Shown piece after piece: positions 26,528 through 36,108 of a stretch of DNA of 64,000 nucleotides. Source of the stretch: Acidimicrobiales bacterium (GTDB lineage Bacteria; Actinomycetota; Acidimicrobiia; Acidimicrobiales; VFJN01). Within the stretch, counting starts at the first letter, position 1; every line of letters begins with the position of its first letter. Position numbers and translations under genes: made by a program. The stretch covers positions 5,653-69,652 of the forward strand of contig DATFOS010000172.1 of NCBI GenBank assembly GCA_035265325.1. The letters are read 5' to 3'. The notes beneath the pieces were generated by a model that saw nothing but the letters and a program-made list of their open reading frames with translations, searched no databases and had not been told where the DNA came from.

Positions 26528-27766
26528 ATGGCCCAGACCTGGGACAGCCTCGACCGATACGTGGTCATCTCGGCCGACACGCACGCCGGCGCCGACCTGC
26601 GCCAGTACCGCGACTACCTCCCCCGCCGGTGGCACGAGGAGTTCGACGCCTGGGCCGAGGGCTACTCGAGCCCCTACGACGACCTGGTGACCGCCACCGC
26701 CGCGCTGAACTGGGACAGCGACGCCCGCGTCAAGGCACTCGCCGACGACGGCGTCGCCGCCGAGATCGTGTTCCCGAACACGGTCCCGCCGTTCTTCGAG
26801 ACGATCGGCAACTTCGCCTCGATGCCCTGGACCCGCGAGGACTACGAGCGGCGGGCGGCCGGCATCCAGGCCCACAACCGCTGGGTCGTCGACTTCTGCC
26901 GGCGCGAGCCGGTGCGCCGCCGGGGGCTCGTCCAGATCTTCCCGCACGACATCGAGGCCGCCGTCGCCGAGGTCCGCTGGGCGGCCGAGACCGGCGTCGT
27001 CGGGGGCATCCTCGCCCCGGCCATCCCGGCCAACCACGCCGTCGAGCCGTGGTTCCACACCCGCTACGAGCCGCTGTGGGCCGCCCTCGAGGAGACGGAG
27101 CTGTCGTTCGGGCAGCACCCCGGCACGGGCACCCCCGACGTGGGCAAGGACCAGCCCGCCGCCGCCGCCGTGATGCTCGTCGAGTTCACGTGGTGGACCC
27201 GCCGCACGCTGTCGCACCTGATCCTGGCCGGCGTGTTCGAGCGCTACCCCGACCTCAAGGCGGTGTGGACGGAGCAGGGCGTGACGTGGGCGCTCCAGGA
27301 CCTGGGCCTGCTCGACTACACGGTCGCCGACATGAAGTCGACGGCGGACAACCGCACCACCACGCTCTTCGGCGCCGACGTGATCGACAGCCTGTCGCTG
27401 ACGCCGAGCGAGTACTTCGCCCGCAACTGCTACCTCGGCGCCAGCTTCATGTCCCGGGGCGAGATGAAGTACGCGCAGTACGTCGTCGACCGGATCATGT
27501 GGGGCACCGACTTCCCGCACGAGGAGGGCACGACGCCCTACACCCGCGAGGCGCTGCGGGCCGCGTTCTCCCGGACGCCCGAGGCCGACCTGCGCAAGAT
27601 CCTGGCCGGCACGGCCGCCGAGGTGTACGGGTTCGACCTCGAGGCCCTCGCCCCCATCGCCGCCGAGATCGGGCCGACCGTCGAGGAGGTGGCGGTCCCG
27701 CTGACCGAGGTCCCGCCCTCGAAGTCGCCTGCGTTCATCGGCGCCGTCAAGCAGCCGGCGGCCTGA
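26528..27766 (+). CDS. amidohydrolase-2 family metal-dependent hydrolase
   Basis: ISADTHAG, VFPNTVPPFF, MWGTDFPHEEGT. Paralog of 17855..19090. Confidence 0.8.
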   Translation: MAQTWDSLDRYVVISADTHAGADLRQYRDYLPRRWHEEFDAWAEGYSSPYDDLVTATAALNWDSDARVKALADDGVAAEIVFPNTVPPFFETIGNFASMPWTREDYERRAAGIQAHNRWVVDFCRREPVRRRGLVQIFPHDIEAAVAEVRWAAETGVVGGILAPAIPANHAVEPWFHTRYEPLWAALEETELSFGQHPGTGTPDVGKDQPAAAAVMLVEFTWWTRRTLSHLILAGVFERYPDLKAVWTEQGVTWALQDLGLLDYTVADMKSTADNRTTTLFGADVIDSLSLTPSEYFARNCYLGASFMSRGEMKYAQYVVDRIMWGTDFPHEEGTTPYTREALRAAFSRTPEADLRKILAGTAAEVYGFDLEALAPIAAEIGPTVEEVAVPLTEVPPSKSPAFIGAVKQPAA

Positions 27767-27794
27767 GGGGACGCCCGTCCCGCCACCGATCGCC

Positions 27795-28577
27795 ATGGGC
27801 CCCGCCGACCTCGCCGCCGCCGCCGAGGCGCTGTTCCGGGCGCAGGAGGACCGCGTCCCCATCGCCCCGCTCACCGGCACGTGGGAGGGCGTCGACGTCA
27901 CCGCCGCCTACGAGGTCCAGCTGGCGAACATCGCCCGCCGGGTCGACGCCGGGGACTCGGTCCAAGGGCACAAGGTCGGGCTGTCGGCCAAGGCCATGCA
28001 GCAGATGCTCGGCGTCGACGAGCCCGACTACGGCCACCTGCTGGAGAGCATGTTCCTGTGGGAGTCGGACGCCGTCGAGGTGGGCCGGTTCCTGCAGCCG
28101 CGGGCGGAGATCGAGGTGGCGTTCGTGCTGGGACGGACGCTGGAGGGGCCGGGCGTGACCGTGGCCGACGCCATCCGGGCGACGGACTTCGTCCTCCCCT
28201 CGATCGAGATCGTCGACAGCCGCGTGGCGGACTGGAACATCAGGCTGCCCGACACCGTCGCCGACAACGCCTCGTCGGGCGCCGTGGTGCTCGGGGGCTC
28301 GCCCACCAAGCTCACCGAGCTCGACGTCCGCCTCATCGGCGCCACACTGCGCTCGAACGGCGAGTTGCGCGAGACGGGCGCCTCCGGGGCGGTGCTGGGA
28401 AACCCCGCGGTGGCGGTGGCCTGGCTCGCCAACAAGGTCGCGGCCTTCGGGGTCACCCTCGAGGCGGGCCACGTGATCATGCCCGGCAGTTGCACCCGGA
28501 TGATCCCCGTCGCCGCCGGCGACGTGGTCACCGCGGAGTTCGACCGGCTGGGCAGCGTCAGCGTCAGCTTCACCTAG
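27795..28577 (+). CDS. hsaE: 2-hydroxypentadienoate (2-keto-4-pentenoate) hydratase
   Basis: MhpD/BphH-type pattern: [38 protein letters not shown] (metal-binding Glu residues). Confidence 0.85.
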   Translation: MGPADLAAAAEALFRAQEDRVPIAPLTGTWEGVDVTAAYEVQLANIARRVDAGDSVQGHKVGLSAKAMQQMLGVDEPDYGHLLESMFLWESDAVEVGRFLQPRAEIEVAFVLGRTLEGPGVTVADAIRATDFVLPSIEIVDSRVADWNIRLPDTVADNASSGAVVLGGSPTKLTELDVRLIGATLRSNGELRETGASGAVLGNPAVAVAWLANKVAAFGVTLEAGHVIMPGSCTRMIPVAAGDVVTAEFDRLGSVSVSFT

Positions 28578-28599
28578 GAACGGAAGGTCTGGGAGCGTC

Positions 28600-29499
28600 A
28601 TGGCCACTACCACGGCCGCCATCGTGGGGTCGGGCAACATCGGCACCGACCTCATGTTCAAGCTGCTGCGCTCGCCCTCGCTCGAGCTGCGGTACATGAT
28701 CGGGGTCGACCCGGCGAGCGAGGGGCTGGCGCTGGCCCGCCAGCACGGCGTCGAGGCCTCGCACGAGGGCGTCGACTGGCTGCTCGACCGGGCGGAGCGG
28801 CCCGAGATCGTGTTCGAGGCAACGTCGGCCCACGTGCACGCCGGCAACGCTGCCCGCTACGCCGACGCCGGGGTCCGGGCCGTCGACCTCACGCCGGCGG
28901 CGCTCGGCCCCTACGTCATCCCGCCGGTGAACCTCACCGAGCACCTCGATGCCCCGAACGTGAACATGGTGACGTGCGGCGGCCAGGCCACGATCCCGAT
29001 GGTCCACGCCGTGGCCCGGGTCGTGCCGGTGCCCTACGCCGAGATCGTGGCCACCGTGTCGTCACGCTCGGCCGGCCCCGGCACCCGCACCAACATCGAC
29101 GAGTTCACCCGCACGACCTCGTCCGCGGTCGAGGTGCTGGGCGGCGCCGAACGCGGCAAGGCGATCATCATCCTGAACCCGGCCGACCCGCCGCTCATCA
29201 TGCGGGACACGATCTTCTGCGCGCTTCCCGACGACGCCGACCAGGCCGCCGTCGAGACGTCGATCGACCGGATGATCGACGAGGTGCAGTCGTACGTGCC
29301 GGGCTACCGGCTGACCCAGCGCCCGCAGTTCGACCAGGCTCCATCCACCGGCGGCTGGGCCCGGGTGGCGATCTTCGTCGAGGTCGAGGGCGCCGGCGAC
29401 TACCTGCCGCCGTACTCAGGCAACCTCGACATCATGACGGCGGCGGCCACGAAGGTCGGCGAGGAGATCGCCGGCCACCTGACGAAGGTGGGTGCCTGA
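28600..29499 (+). CDS. hsaG: acetaldehyde dehydrogenase (acylating)
   Basis: [29 protein letters not shown] (catalytic Cys), NLDIMT. Confidence 0.9.
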   Translation: MATTTAAIVGSGNIGTDLMFKLLRSPSLELRYMIGVDPASEGLALARQHGVEASHEGVDWLLDRAERPEIVFEATSAHVHAGNAARYADAGVRAVDLTPAALGPYVIPPVNLTEHLDAPNVNMVTCGGQATIPMVHAVARVVPVPYAEIVATVSSRSAGPGTRTNIDEFTRTTSSAVEVLGGAERGKAIIILNPADPPLIMRDTIFCALPDDADQAAVETSIDRMIDEVQSYVPGYRLTQRPQFDQAPSTGGWARVAIFVEVEGAGDYLPPYSGNLDIMTAAATKVGEEIAGHLTKVGA

Positions 29500-30572
29500 T
29501 GCCCTACTCCGACCAGCTCGACATCCGCGTCACCGACTCGTCCCTGCGCGACGGGTCCCACGCCAAGGGCCACCAGTTCACCGAGCGGATGGTGCGCGAC
29601 GTGGTCCGGGCGCTCGACGGCGCCGGCGTGCCGGTCATCGAGGTGACGCACGGCGACGGCCTCGGTGGGTCGTCCTTCAACTACGGGTTCTCGCTCACCG
29701 ACGAGCGGGTGCTCATCCGCGCCGCCGTCGAGGAGGCGCAGCGGGCGAAGATCGCCTCCCTGATGCTCCCCGGCGTGGGCACCAAGGACGACATCGCCTT
29801 CCTGGCCGACTCGGGCGTCGGCGTGGTGCGCATCGCCACCCACTGCACCGAGGCCGACGTCTCGATCCAGCACTTCGGCCTCGCCCGCGACCTGGGGCTC
29901 GAGACCGTGGGCTTCCTGATGATGGCCCACACGCAGCCGCCCGAGCGCCTGGCCGAACAGGCGCGCATCATGGCCGACGCCGGGTGCCAGTGCGTCTACG
30001 TCGTGGACTCGGCCGGGGCGCTCGTGCTGGAGCAGGTCACCGACCGGGTGGCCGCACTGGTGGCCGAGTTGGGCGACGACGCCCAGGTCGGTTTCCACGG
30101 TCACGAGAACCTTGCCCTGGGTGTGGCGAACTCGATCCTCGCCGTCCGCGCCGGGGCGGTGCAGGTCGACGGGTCGACCCGCCGGTTCGGCGCCGGGGCC
30201 GGCAACACGCCGGTGGAGGCGCTGGCCGCGGTGTGCGAGAAGCTCGGTATCCGCACCGGCATCGACGTGCTGGCCGCCATCGACGCCGCCGAGGACGTGG
30301 TCCGCCCGGTGATGGACGGCGAGTGCGCCCTCGACCGACTCTCGCTGACCATGGGCTACGCCGGCGTGTACTCGTCGTTCCTGCGCCACGCCTACCGGGC
30401 CGCCGAGCGCTACGGCGTGTCGGGCGCCGACATCCTCCTGGAGTGCGGCGCCCGCAACCTCGTCGGCGGGCAGGAGGACCAGATCATCGACATCGCCGTG
30501 GGCCTGGCCGCCGCCAGGGAGGTCGCCGGCGCCGGCACCCCCGTCGGCGCCTCCGCCGGCGGCGGGGCCTGA
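29499..30572 (+). CDS. hsaF: 4-hydroxy-2-oxovalerate aldolase
   Basis: [44 protein letters not shown] coupling to hsaG. Confidence 0.9.
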   Translation: MPYSDQLDIRVTDSSLRDGSHAKGHQFTERMVRDVVRALDGAGVPVIEVTHGDGLGGSSFNYGFSLTDERVLIRAAVEEAQRAKIASLMLPGVGTKDDIAFLADSGVGVVRIATHCTEADVSIQHFGLARDLGLETVGFLMMAHTQPPERLAEQARIMADAGCQCVYVVDSAGALVLEQVTDRVAALVAELGDDAQVGFHGHENLALGVANSILAVRAGAVQVDGSTRRFGAGAGNTPVEALAAVCEKLGIRTGIDVLAAIDAAEDVVRPVMDGECALDRLSLTMGYAGVYSSFLRHAYRAAERYGVSGADILLECGARNLVGGQEDQIIDIAVGLAAAREVAGAGTPVGASAGGGA

Positions 30573-30580
30573 GGCCGGCC

Positions 30581-31186
30581 ATGGCCGCGGGCCCGGCCGG
30601 GACGGTGGTGGCCGCGGCGCTCGCCCCCGTGGTGGTGGCCGGCGCCGGCGCGGGGCCGGGCGCCGACGCCTCGTCCGCCCGGGCGTCGGTGGCGCTGCTC
30701 GACGCGGCGGCGCTGCACCCGCCGGAGTCGCCGCTGACCGTCGGGGGCGGGTCGGCGCAGGTGGCGCCGGGCATCATCCTCGCCCTCGGCGCGCCGGTGG
30801 CCGGCCCGGGGGCGACGCCCGCCGCCGCGCTGGCGGCTACGGCGACCGTGCACGGCGGGCTGGCCGTGCACCAGGGCGGGGCGGTGACGCGCCTGGTCGT
30901 CGGCCGGACGGGTGCGGCCCCGGCCGGCCTCGACCTGGGGCTGGTCGGCGTGCTGTTCGAACGCGACGGCGTGCAGCTCGGCACGGCGGCCGGCGCAGCG
31001 TCGTTCGGCCACCCGGCGGCGGCCGCCGCGGCGGCGGCCGACGCCCTCGCCCTGGACGAGGCCCGGCTCGAGGCCGGGTGGCTCGTGTGGTGCGGCGCCC
31101 TGCTCCCGCCGGCCGAGGTGCCCGCCGGCTCCCACGCCCGGGCCGCCTTCGGCCACCTCGGCGTCGTCACGCTCCGCTGCACCTGA
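30581..31186 (+). CDS. Ala/Gly-rich truncated paralog of 2-keto-4-pentenoate hydratase, probably non-catalytic
   Basis: The C-terminal half aligns by eye with HsaE: SFGHPAAAAAAAADALALDEARLEAGWLV...FGHLGVVTLRCT against [29 protein letters not shown]...[12 protein letters not shown]. High GC3 in this frame. The Glu-containing metal motifs are absent. Confidence 0.5.
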   Translation: MAAGPAGTVVAAALAPVVVAGAGAGPGADASSARASVALLDAAALHPPESPLTVGGGSAQVAPGIILALGAPVAGPGATPAAALAATATVHGGLAVHQGGAVTRLVVGRTGAAPAGLDLGLVGVLFERDGVQLGTAAGAASFGHPAAAAAAAADALALDEARLEAGWLVWCGALLPPAEVPAGSHARAAFGHLGVVTLRCT

Positions 31187-31260
31187 CGCCCCCATCGCCG
31201 CCGGCGGAGCCAGGTTCATCGGGTCGACGGTCGGGACGCAACGGACGAGGGGGATGTGAC

Positions 31261-31821
31261 ATGGCCGAGGGGACGCCGCTGCCGAGGATCGGGGCGCCGG
31301 CGACGCGAGCGCTGGCCCACATGGGCGTGACGACGCTGGAGGACATATCCGGCCACCGGGCCGACGAGCTGCTCGAACGTCACGGCGTCGGGCCGACGGC
31401 CATCCGGCTGCTGGAGGAGGCGATGGCGGAGCACGGCCTGGCCTTCGCCGGCGGCGAGCGCGGTCACGCGGGCCCGCAGCCGCTGAGCGACGAGGTCCGG
31501 CACTATGTCGAGGGCCTGCCGGCCTCCCACCGGCCTCTGTTCGACCGGCTGCACGCCCTGATCCTCGACGAGGTGCCCGACGCCGAGGTCGTCATCTCGT
31601 ACCGGATCCCCCTCTACCGGGTGGGCCGCCGCCACGTCGGCCTCAACCCGCGGCGGGCCGACGGCATCACGCTCACCGCGACGTCGCCGGACCACATCGC
31701 CGAGTTCCGGCGCCGCCACCCCGAGGTGCGGACGGGCAAGGCGAGCATCCAGCTGCGCCTCGACGGGGACGTGCCCGAGGACGACCTGCGCGACGTGATC
31801 CGCAAGGCCGTGCGCACCTAG
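31261..31821 (+). CDS. DUF1801 (YdhG-like) domain protein with N-terminal helix-hairpin-helix-like segment
   Basis: LPASHRPLFDRLHALILDEVPDAEVVISYRIPLYRV matches the DUF1801 pattern. The N-terminus reads GVTTLEDISGHRADELLERHGVGPTAIRLLEEAM. Confidence 0.6.
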   Translation: MAEGTPLPRIGAPATRALAHMGVTTLEDISGHRADELLERHGVGPTAIRLLEEAMAEHGLAFAGGERGHAGPQPLSDEVRHYVEGLPASHRPLFDRLHALILDEVPDAEVVISYRIPLYRVGRRHVGLNPRRADGITLTATSPDHIAEFRRRHPEVRTGKASIQLRLDGDVPEDDLRDVIRKAVRT

Positions 31822-31853
31822 GCGGGCCGGCGCGCCGGCACTCCGGGACGCGG

Positions 31854-32597
31854 TCAGGCGAGGACGAAGCGGCTCGTGGGTAGGACGTCGAGGTCGGCGT
31901 CGTCGATGAAGGTCGACGTGGAGGCGGCCATCGCCTCCATCCGCCGGCGCAGCTCCCCGTCGTCGCCGCCCGAGCCGAAGAAGGCGTGCAGGTCGCCGAG
32001 CGCCTCGAGCGGGAACAGCTCCTCGACCACGGCGTCCACGGGCGGCCACTGGGGCAGCGGGACCAGCGTCCGGGCGACGAGGTGCTGGGCGTAGCCGAAC
32101 GTCGCCTGGGTGGCGATCGCCACCGACGTCTGCCCGCCGAGCCAGCGCGCCGCCCACTCGTCCCGGCCGAGTCCCGCCGGGACGCGTAGGAACGCGACCT
32201 GGGCGTAGCCGGGCGTGCGCCCGGCGGCCGGGCCGCGCCGGCGGCGGCGCCGGCCGCCTCGCCGGCCGCCGGCGCCGTCGGGCGGCACGAGCGGCACCGA
32301 CTCCGTGACCAGCAGCGCGCCCCAGCGGGGCGTCGCGCCGGCCACCACGGCGTCGAGCGGCGCCCGCCGGTCGTCGACGGCCGAGTCCACCCACACGCCC
32401 AGCACCGCGCCGGGCAGCGGCGGGTGGGCGGTGATGAGCATGACTGCGCCGTCGACCGTGCCGTCCGCCACGTCGGCCTCGACGCGGTGAGCGCCGCGTG
32501 CCAATAGCGCCTCCCCCACCGGGCCGACGAGCTCGTCGCGCCAGGCGTCGGGCGCCTCCGTCGTCGGGCGCCACAAGACGTAGAGGACCTTCTCCAC
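31854..32597 (-). CDS. hypothetical protein, possibly tandem EthD-like domains, with an Arg-run insertion
   Basis: GTG start chosen at VEKVLYVLWRPTTEAPDAWRDEL, with shadow sequence upstream. Contains [13 protein letters not shown] encoded by a GCCGGC-type low-complexity tract. Confidence 0.5.
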   Translation of the reverse strand: MEKVLYVLWRPTTEAPDAWRDELVGPVGEALLARGAHRVEADVADGTVDGAVMLITAHPPLPGAVLGVWVDSAVDDRRAPLDAVVAGATPRWGALLVTESVPLVPPDGAGGRRGGRRRRRRGPAAGRTPGYAQVAFLRVPAGLGRDEWAARWLGGQTSVAIATQATFGYAQHLVARTLVPLPQWPPVDAVVEELFPLEALGDLHAFFGSGGDDGELRRRMEAMAASTSTFIDDADLDVLPTSRFVLA

Positions 32598-32697
32598 GCG
32601 CGCAGCCTGGCACCACCGCCCGCGCCAGCGCGGCGTCCGTCTCGCTCCCCGGCACGGCGGCTGCCGGGACGGCGACGACCGTGCCACGATCGTCGCC

Positions 32698-33609
32698 GTG
32701 CCAGGGATCTGCGACGGCCGCGTCGCCATCGTCACCGGCGCGGGCGGGGGGTTGGGCCGCGCCCACGCCCTCGAGCTCGCCCGCCAGGGAGCCCGCGTCG
32801 TCGTCAACGACCTCGGCGCCGCGATCGACGGCGAGGGCCGGTCAGCCACGCCCGCCGAGCGGGTCGTGGAGGAGGTCACCGCCGCCCGCGGCACCGCCGT
32901 GGCGAACGCCGACGACGTCGGCGACTGGGAGGGCGCCGGCCGCCTCGTGCAGGACGCGCTGGACGCCTTCGGGCGGGTGGACGTCGTGGTGAACAACGCC
33001 GGCGTCCTGCGCGACCGCATGTTCGCCAACTCCTCGGCCGCCGAATGGGAGGCCGTGCTGCGGGCCCACGTCCACGGCCACGCCGCCGTGGCCCGCCACG
33101 CCGCCGCCCACTGGCGCGACCGGGCGAAGGTCGGCGAGGCGGTCGACGCCCGCATCGTCAACACCAGCTCGGGGGCGGGGCTGCTCGGGTCGGTGGGGCA
33201 GGCCGCCTACTCGGCGGCCAAGGCGGCGATCCTCGGCCTCACGCTCGTGCAGGCGGCCGAGCTGGCCCGTTACGGCGTCACCGCCAACGCCATCGCCCCC
33301 GCCGCCCGCACACGGATGACCGAGGGGGCGTTCGCCGCCACCATGGCGCCCCCGGCCGCCGGCGAGTTCGACGCCATGGCCCCCGAGAACGTGTCGCCGC
33401 TCGTCGTCTGGCTCGCGTCCGGCGAGGCGCGCGATGTCACGGGCCGCGTGTTCGAGGTCGAGGGCGGCAAGGTGGTGGTGATGGAGGGCTGGCAGCGCGG
33501 CCCGCACGTCGACAAGGGCGCGCGGTGGGACCCGGCCGAGCTGGGGCCGGTCGTCGCCGACCTGCTGGCCAAGGCCGCCCCGGCGCTGCCGGTGTACGGG
33601 GCGAGCTGA
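32698..33609 (+). CDS. SDR family oxidoreductase (Rv3548c / Hsd4A N-domain-like)
   Basis: TGAGGGLG, NNAG, YSAAK; the 303-aa long-SDR form typical of steroid clusters. Confidence 0.8.
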   Translation: MPGICDGRVAIVTGAGGGLGRAHALELARQGARVVVNDLGAAIDGEGRSATPAERVVEEVTAARGTAVANADDVGDWEGAGRLVQDALDAFGRVDVVVNNAGVLRDRMFANSSAAEWEAVLRAHVHGHAAVARHAAAHWRDRAKVGEAVDARIVNTSSGAGLLGSVGQAAYSAAKAAILGLTLVQAAELARYGVTANAIAPAARTRMTEGAFAATMAPPAAGEFDAMAPENVSPLVVWLASGEARDVTGRVFEVEGGKVVVMEGWQRGPHVDKGARWDPAELGPVVADLLAKAAPALPVYGAS

Positions 33610-35222
33610 TGCCGATGGCGCCGGCGACGATCCCCGCCCTCGTCCGGGCCGCGGCCGCCCGGTACGCGGACGTCGAGGCGGTCGTCGACGGCGACGCCCG
33701 CGTCACCTACGCCGACCTCGGCCACCTCGTCGACGCCGCCGCCCGCGCCCACCTCGCCGCCGGCGTCGAGCCGGGCGACCGGGTGGCGCTGTGGGCGCCG
33801 AACGGGCTCGACTGGGTGGTCGCCGCCCTCGGCGCCCAGGCGGCGGGGGCCGTCCTCGTGCCGCTCAGCACCCGGCTCAAGGGCACCGAGGCCGCGTACG
33901 TCCTCGGCCGCAGCCGGGCCCGGGTGCTCGTCGTCGTCGGCGACTTCCTGGGCACCCGCTACCCGGCCATGCTCGACGGCCGGGACCTCCCGGACCTGCG
34001 GGCGGTGGCCGTGCTCGACGGCCCCGAGGGTGGCGCCGACGCCGTGGTGGCGGCCGACGCCCGCCCGGGCACGACGACGTGGCCGGCGTTCGTGGCGGCA
34101 GGTGCGACCGTGAACGACGCCGACGCCGAGGCACGCGCCCGGAGCGTCCGTCCGGACGACCCCGCCGACCTCATGTTCACCTCGGGGACGACCGGCCGGC
34201 CGAAGGGCGTCCTGTGCAGCCACGCCCAGGACCTGCGCGTCTTCGAGGTGTGGGCGAGCACGGTCGGCCTGCGGGTCGGCGACCGCTACCTCCTCGTCAA
34301 CCCGATGTCGCACTCGTTCGGCTACAAGGCGGGCATCCTCGCCTGCCTGCTCGCCGGGGCGACAATGCTGCCGCTGCCGGCCTTCGACGTCGACGCCGTC
34401 GTGGACCTCGTCGCACGCGAACGGGCCACGGTCCTGCCCGGCCCGCCGACGCTCTACCAGGCGATGCTGCACCACCCGCGGCGGGCCGACGCCGACCTGT
34501 CCAGCCTGCGGCTGGCGGTGACCGGCGCCGCCGCCGTGCCCACGTCCCTCGTCGAGCGGATGCGCGCCGACCTGGGCTTCACCACCGTGGTGACGGCCTA
34601 CGGGCTGACCGAGTCGACCGGCATGGTGACGATCTGCCGGCCCGACGACGACGCCGAGACCATCGCCACCACGTCGGGACGCGCCATCCCCGGCGTCGAG
34701 GTGCGGGTCGTGGACGACGCCGGCCGCGAGGTGACACGCGGCGAGCCAGGCGAGATCGTGTGCCGGGGGCACAACGTCATGCAGGGCTACTTCGAGGACA
34801 CCGAGGCCACCGCCGAGGCGATCGACGCCGACGGCTGGCTGCACACCGGCGACATCGGGACCATGGACGAGCGCGGCTACGTCCGCATCACCGACCGCAA
34901 GAAGGACATGTTCATCGTCGGGGGGTTCAACGCCTACCCGGCCGAGATCGAGGACCTGCTGCTGAGCCACCCCGACATCGCCCAGGTAGCGGTGGTCGGG
35001 GTGCCCGACGAGCGCCTCGGTGAGGTGGGCGTGGCCTACGTCGTGGCGGCCCCGGGCACCGACCCGTCGCCGGACGACATCATGGCGTGGGCGCGCGCCA
35101 CCATGGCCAACTACAAGGTGCCGCGCCGGGTCGTCGTGGTCGACGCCCTGCCGCTGAACGCCAGCGGCAAGGTCCTGAAGTACGAGCTGCGGCAGCGGGC
35201 CACCGCCGGCGCCACCACCTGA
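33609..35222 (+). CDS. fadD3: acyl-CoA synthetase (AMP-forming), FadD3-like
   Basis: FTSGTTGRPKGV, YGLTESTG, GDIGTMDERGYVRITDRKKDMFIVGGFNAYP. TGATG coupling to the SDR. The FadD3 assignment rests on context only. Confidence 0.6.
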   Translation: MPMAPATIPALVRAAAARYADVEAVVDGDARVTYADLGHLVDAAARAHLAAGVEPGDRVALWAPNGLDWVVAALGAQAAGAVLVPLSTRLKGTEAAYVLGRSRARVLVVVGDFLGTRYPAMLDGRDLPDLRAVAVLDGPEGGADAVVAADARPGTTTWPAFVAAGATVNDADAEARARSVRPDDPADLMFTSGTTGRPKGVLCSHAQDLRVFEVWASTVGLRVGDRYLLVNPMSHSFGYKAGILACLLAGATMLPLPAFDVDAVVDLVARERATVLPGPPTLYQAMLHHPRRADADLSSLRLAVTGAAAVPTSLVERMRADLGFTTVVTAYGLTESTGMVTICRPDDDAETIATTSGRAIPGVEVRVVDDAGREVTRGEPGEIVCRGHNVMQGYFEDTEATAEAIDADGWLHTGDIGTMDERGYVRITDRKKDMFIVGGFNAYPAEIEDLLLSHPDIAQVAVVGVPDERLGEVGVAYVVAAPGTDPSPDDIMAWARATMANYKVPRRVVVVDALPLNASGKVLKYELRQRATAGATT

Positions 35223-35237
35223 ACGCGAGGGGGAGTC

Positions 35238-35996
35238 GTGGAGCGGTTCGAGGGGAAACGGTGCCTGATCACCGGGGGCGGCAGCGGCATGGGGCAGGCG
35301 ACCGTCGTGCGTCTGCTGCGCGAGGCCGGCACGGTCGTCGCCGTCGACGTGAGCGGCAAGGGGCTGGCCGACACGACCGACCGGGCCGAGGCGGAGGGCA
35401 TCGCCGGGCGGCTGACCACGATCGAGGCCGACGTAGCGAGCGAGCCGGGCGTGGCGGAGATGGTCGCCGCGGCGGCCGGCACGCTGGGCGGCCTCGACGT
35501 GCTCATCAACGCCGCGGGGATCCTGCGCTCGGCGCACACGCACGAGTGCTCGCTCGACCTGTGGGAACAGGTCATCGGCGTGAACCTCACCGGCACGTTC
35601 CTGGTGACGCGCGCCGCGCTCCCCCACCTGCTCGACGGCGGCGGCGTGATCGTCAACTTCGCGTCGACGTCCGCGTTCCACGCCCACCCGTACATGGCCG
35701 CCTACTCGGCCAGCAAGGCCGGCGTCGCGGCGTTCACGCAAACGATCGCGCTCGAGTACTGCAAGCGGAACGTGCGGGCCGTGTGCGTGGCGCCGGGCGG
35801 CGTCGCCACCCCGCTGGTCCTCGAGATCACGCTTCCCGAGGACGCCGACCCGAGCTTCTTCCGCCGCCTCATGCCCAACGGCCGGGGCTTCGCGGAGCCG
35901 CACGAAGTGGCCGGCATGGTGGCGGCCCTCGCCTCCGACGACGGCTCCTTCGTCAACGGCACGACCCTCCTCATCGACGGCGCCACCCACGCGTGA
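35238..35996 (+). CDS. short-chain dehydrogenase/reductase (SDR)
   Basis: TGGGSGMG, NAAG, YSASK. Confidence 0.85.
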   Translation: MERFEGKRCLITGGGSGMGQATVVRLLREAGTVVAVDVSGKGLADTTDRAEAEGIAGRLTTIEADVASEPGVAEMVAAAAGTLGGLDVLINAAGILRSAHTHECSLDLWEQVIGVNLTGTFLVTRAALPHLLDGGGVIVNFASTSAFHAHPYMAAYSASKAGVAAFTQTIALEYCKRNVRAVCVAPGGVATPLVLEITLPEDADPSFFRRLMPNGRGFAEPHEVAGMVAALASDDGSFVNGTTLLIDGATHA

Positions 35997-36108
35997 GCCG
36001 GCCATCCTCCCTGGAACCCGGTCAGCGGAACAGGGGTCGGGTGGGTGCGGGTGGGGTGACGTACCGTCCCTGCGTAGGCCGCCGGTCGCGCCGGCACCGA
36101 GGGGGACG

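Noticed and set aside
36012-36025. KstR-like sequence TGGAACCCGGTCAG upstream of hsaD.
   Set aside because: It has two mismatches, including the GTT core (GGT), and no AT-rich context like the four accepted sites. It is mentioned in a finding but not called as a feature.
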